Below are positions 62,340 through 64,000 of a stretch of 64,000 nt of DNA, piece by piece. The position numbers and the translations under genes were made by a program. The stretch lies in NCBI RefSeq assembly GCF_037042905.1, contig NC_087250.1:5644001-5708000 (forward strand), in the 5' to 3' direction. The DNA is from Lytechinus pictus. Lineage: Eukaryota. Every line of letters begins with the position of its first letter. Position 1 is the first letter of the stretch. The notes beneath the pieces are model-generated. The model was not told the DNA's origin. It saw nothing but the letters and a program-made list of their open reading frames with translations, and ran no database searches.

Positions 62340-63536
62340 CAGTGGCGTACCGTGGGTCACGGCATTGGGGGGGCACCAGCAAAATTTTTGAGTCACTAAG
62401 TGAGCGCGCGAAGCGCGCCCAGTTGCCAGGTATACCTAATAGAGACATTTTAAGGACAGTGCCATTAACGGATATGTCTCTCACCGGTCAAATAATGCGA
62501 GCGCGAAGCGCGAGCTTAAAATTTTTTATATTTAGACCTAAAAAGGGACATTATAATCAATCTTTTGTAATCATGATATGTACCTGTCTCGCTAAATAAT
62601 GCGAGCGCAAAGCGCGAGCTGAAATTTTGTAAATATTGACCCCCAAAAAGGAAGATTTTAAGGACTATATTTTAGGAATCCATTAAGAGTATACACATCT
62701 CACCATAGTCATCTAATGCGAGTGCCAATAAGCGCTTGCTGATTTTGTTAGAATTACATCTAAACATGCACATAAAGCACTTGTAATCATGATCAACATA
62801 CCCATCTCACTAGTCAAATCTTGCGAGCGCGAAGCGCGAGCTGAAAATTTAGGAAATTCAGACCTGAAGAGGTGCATTTTAAGGCTTGTTTGTAGAAATT
62901 CACGAAGACCATACGTAGTTCACTAACCAAATGATGCGAGCGCGAAGCGCGAGCTGAAATTTTTTGATATTCAGATTAGAAAGAGGGACATTTAAGGACT
63001 GATTCTAGGAATCCATGGAGAGCAGACATATTTCACCAATCCACTACTGCGAACGTAAGCACGGACAGGAAATGTTTTATATATCAAGACCTTAAAATGG
63101 GGCAATCACTTTAAGTAGTCATGAAAAAGAAGCATACTATTGTACATAAAACAATAACTCGAAGTGCGAGGAAATATATTTGGCAGTTTGGTGTATATTG
63201 ACTTGAAAACGGGAGGTTTTAGTACAACAGGATTATATATATATCTCGGTTAACAGACAATGCGAGCACCAGGAACAATGAAGACATATAGGCCCTGAGC
63301 AAATTATGTTTCATAAAGTTACGAAAAAAAATGTTTCTTATGTAATATAACATAACATAATTATGATATAATATAACATTATAATGAACAATAATGTCTT
63401 CTTTCCCACTTCGTTTCTCTTCCTTTCTCCCTCTTTTTCTTCTTTTTCCTGTTTTTTTTTTTTTTTTTTTTTTTGGTCAGCCGATTGGGGGGGCACGTGC
63501 CCCCCCCATGCCCCCCCCCCCGTAGTTACGCCACTG
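62340..63536. mobile_element. hAT-type non-autonomous element with internal gcgagcgcgaagcgcgagc repeats; another copy starts near 63878
   Basis: cagtggcgta…tacgccactg TIRs, 8-bp TSD caggaatg. Confidence 0.9.
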
Positions 63537-64000
63537 CAGGAATGTATATAGTTCAGATCTAAAAATGGTACCCTCCCCTCATATATCCTTTATATCTTTC
63601 ATTTATGATAAATATTTAATGATTTCAATCATGTCTTTGAAATAAATGCCTTTCAACTCAATAATCTGCCTTCTTTGGGCTGTGAAAGAAAAGTCACTTA
63701 GTCAACTCAAAAAGTTTGAAAACTCCAACTCGTAAAGTAACCTGTATGTTGCAGTGTTTAGTGTTATAAGCACTGGCGTAAATCCGTGTTGATGGGTGGG
63801 GGGGATGACTGAAATATTTTGGCATTTTTTTGCAATCATGTTTTTAGATATGCAAGGAATTGTCACGGATATGTCCACGGTGGCGTACCGTAGGTCAAGG
63901 CATTGGGGGAGGGGGGCACCAGCAAAATTTTTGAATCACTGAGTGAGTGCGCTAGTGAGCGCGCTCAGTTGCCAGTATTACTGACCTAATAGATACATTT

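Overview
AT-rich, repeat-dense animal genomic DNA. The repeat repertoire looks echinoderm, probably sea urchin; this is inference. The main gene is a 13-coding-exon class-3 (fatty) aldehyde dehydrogenase on the + strand (38023-61512, about 495 aa, ALDH3A2-like with a C-terminal membrane anchor), which I spliced by eye with consistent phases. Its intron 4 holds a young, 5'-truncated Penelope-like retroelement (RT + GIY-YIG) with 481-bp inverted pseudo-LTRs, a 15-bp TSD and a variant minimal hammerhead ribozyme in each pLTR. The left 37 kb is mostly nested MITEs, foldback elements, SINEs and LINE remnants. It also contains a candidate divergently transcribed unknown gene (- strand exons at 7287-7341 and 4847-5070) and a probable bidirectional promoter near 27.5-28 kb. 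The most unusual item is a roughly 170-bp TSD-flanked SINE (24998-25165, - strand) whose head folds as a complete 7SL/Alu 5' domain, followed by a B-box and a Nin/Deu-like core. Transposon superfamily names rest on terminal motifs and TSDs only; no database search was possible.
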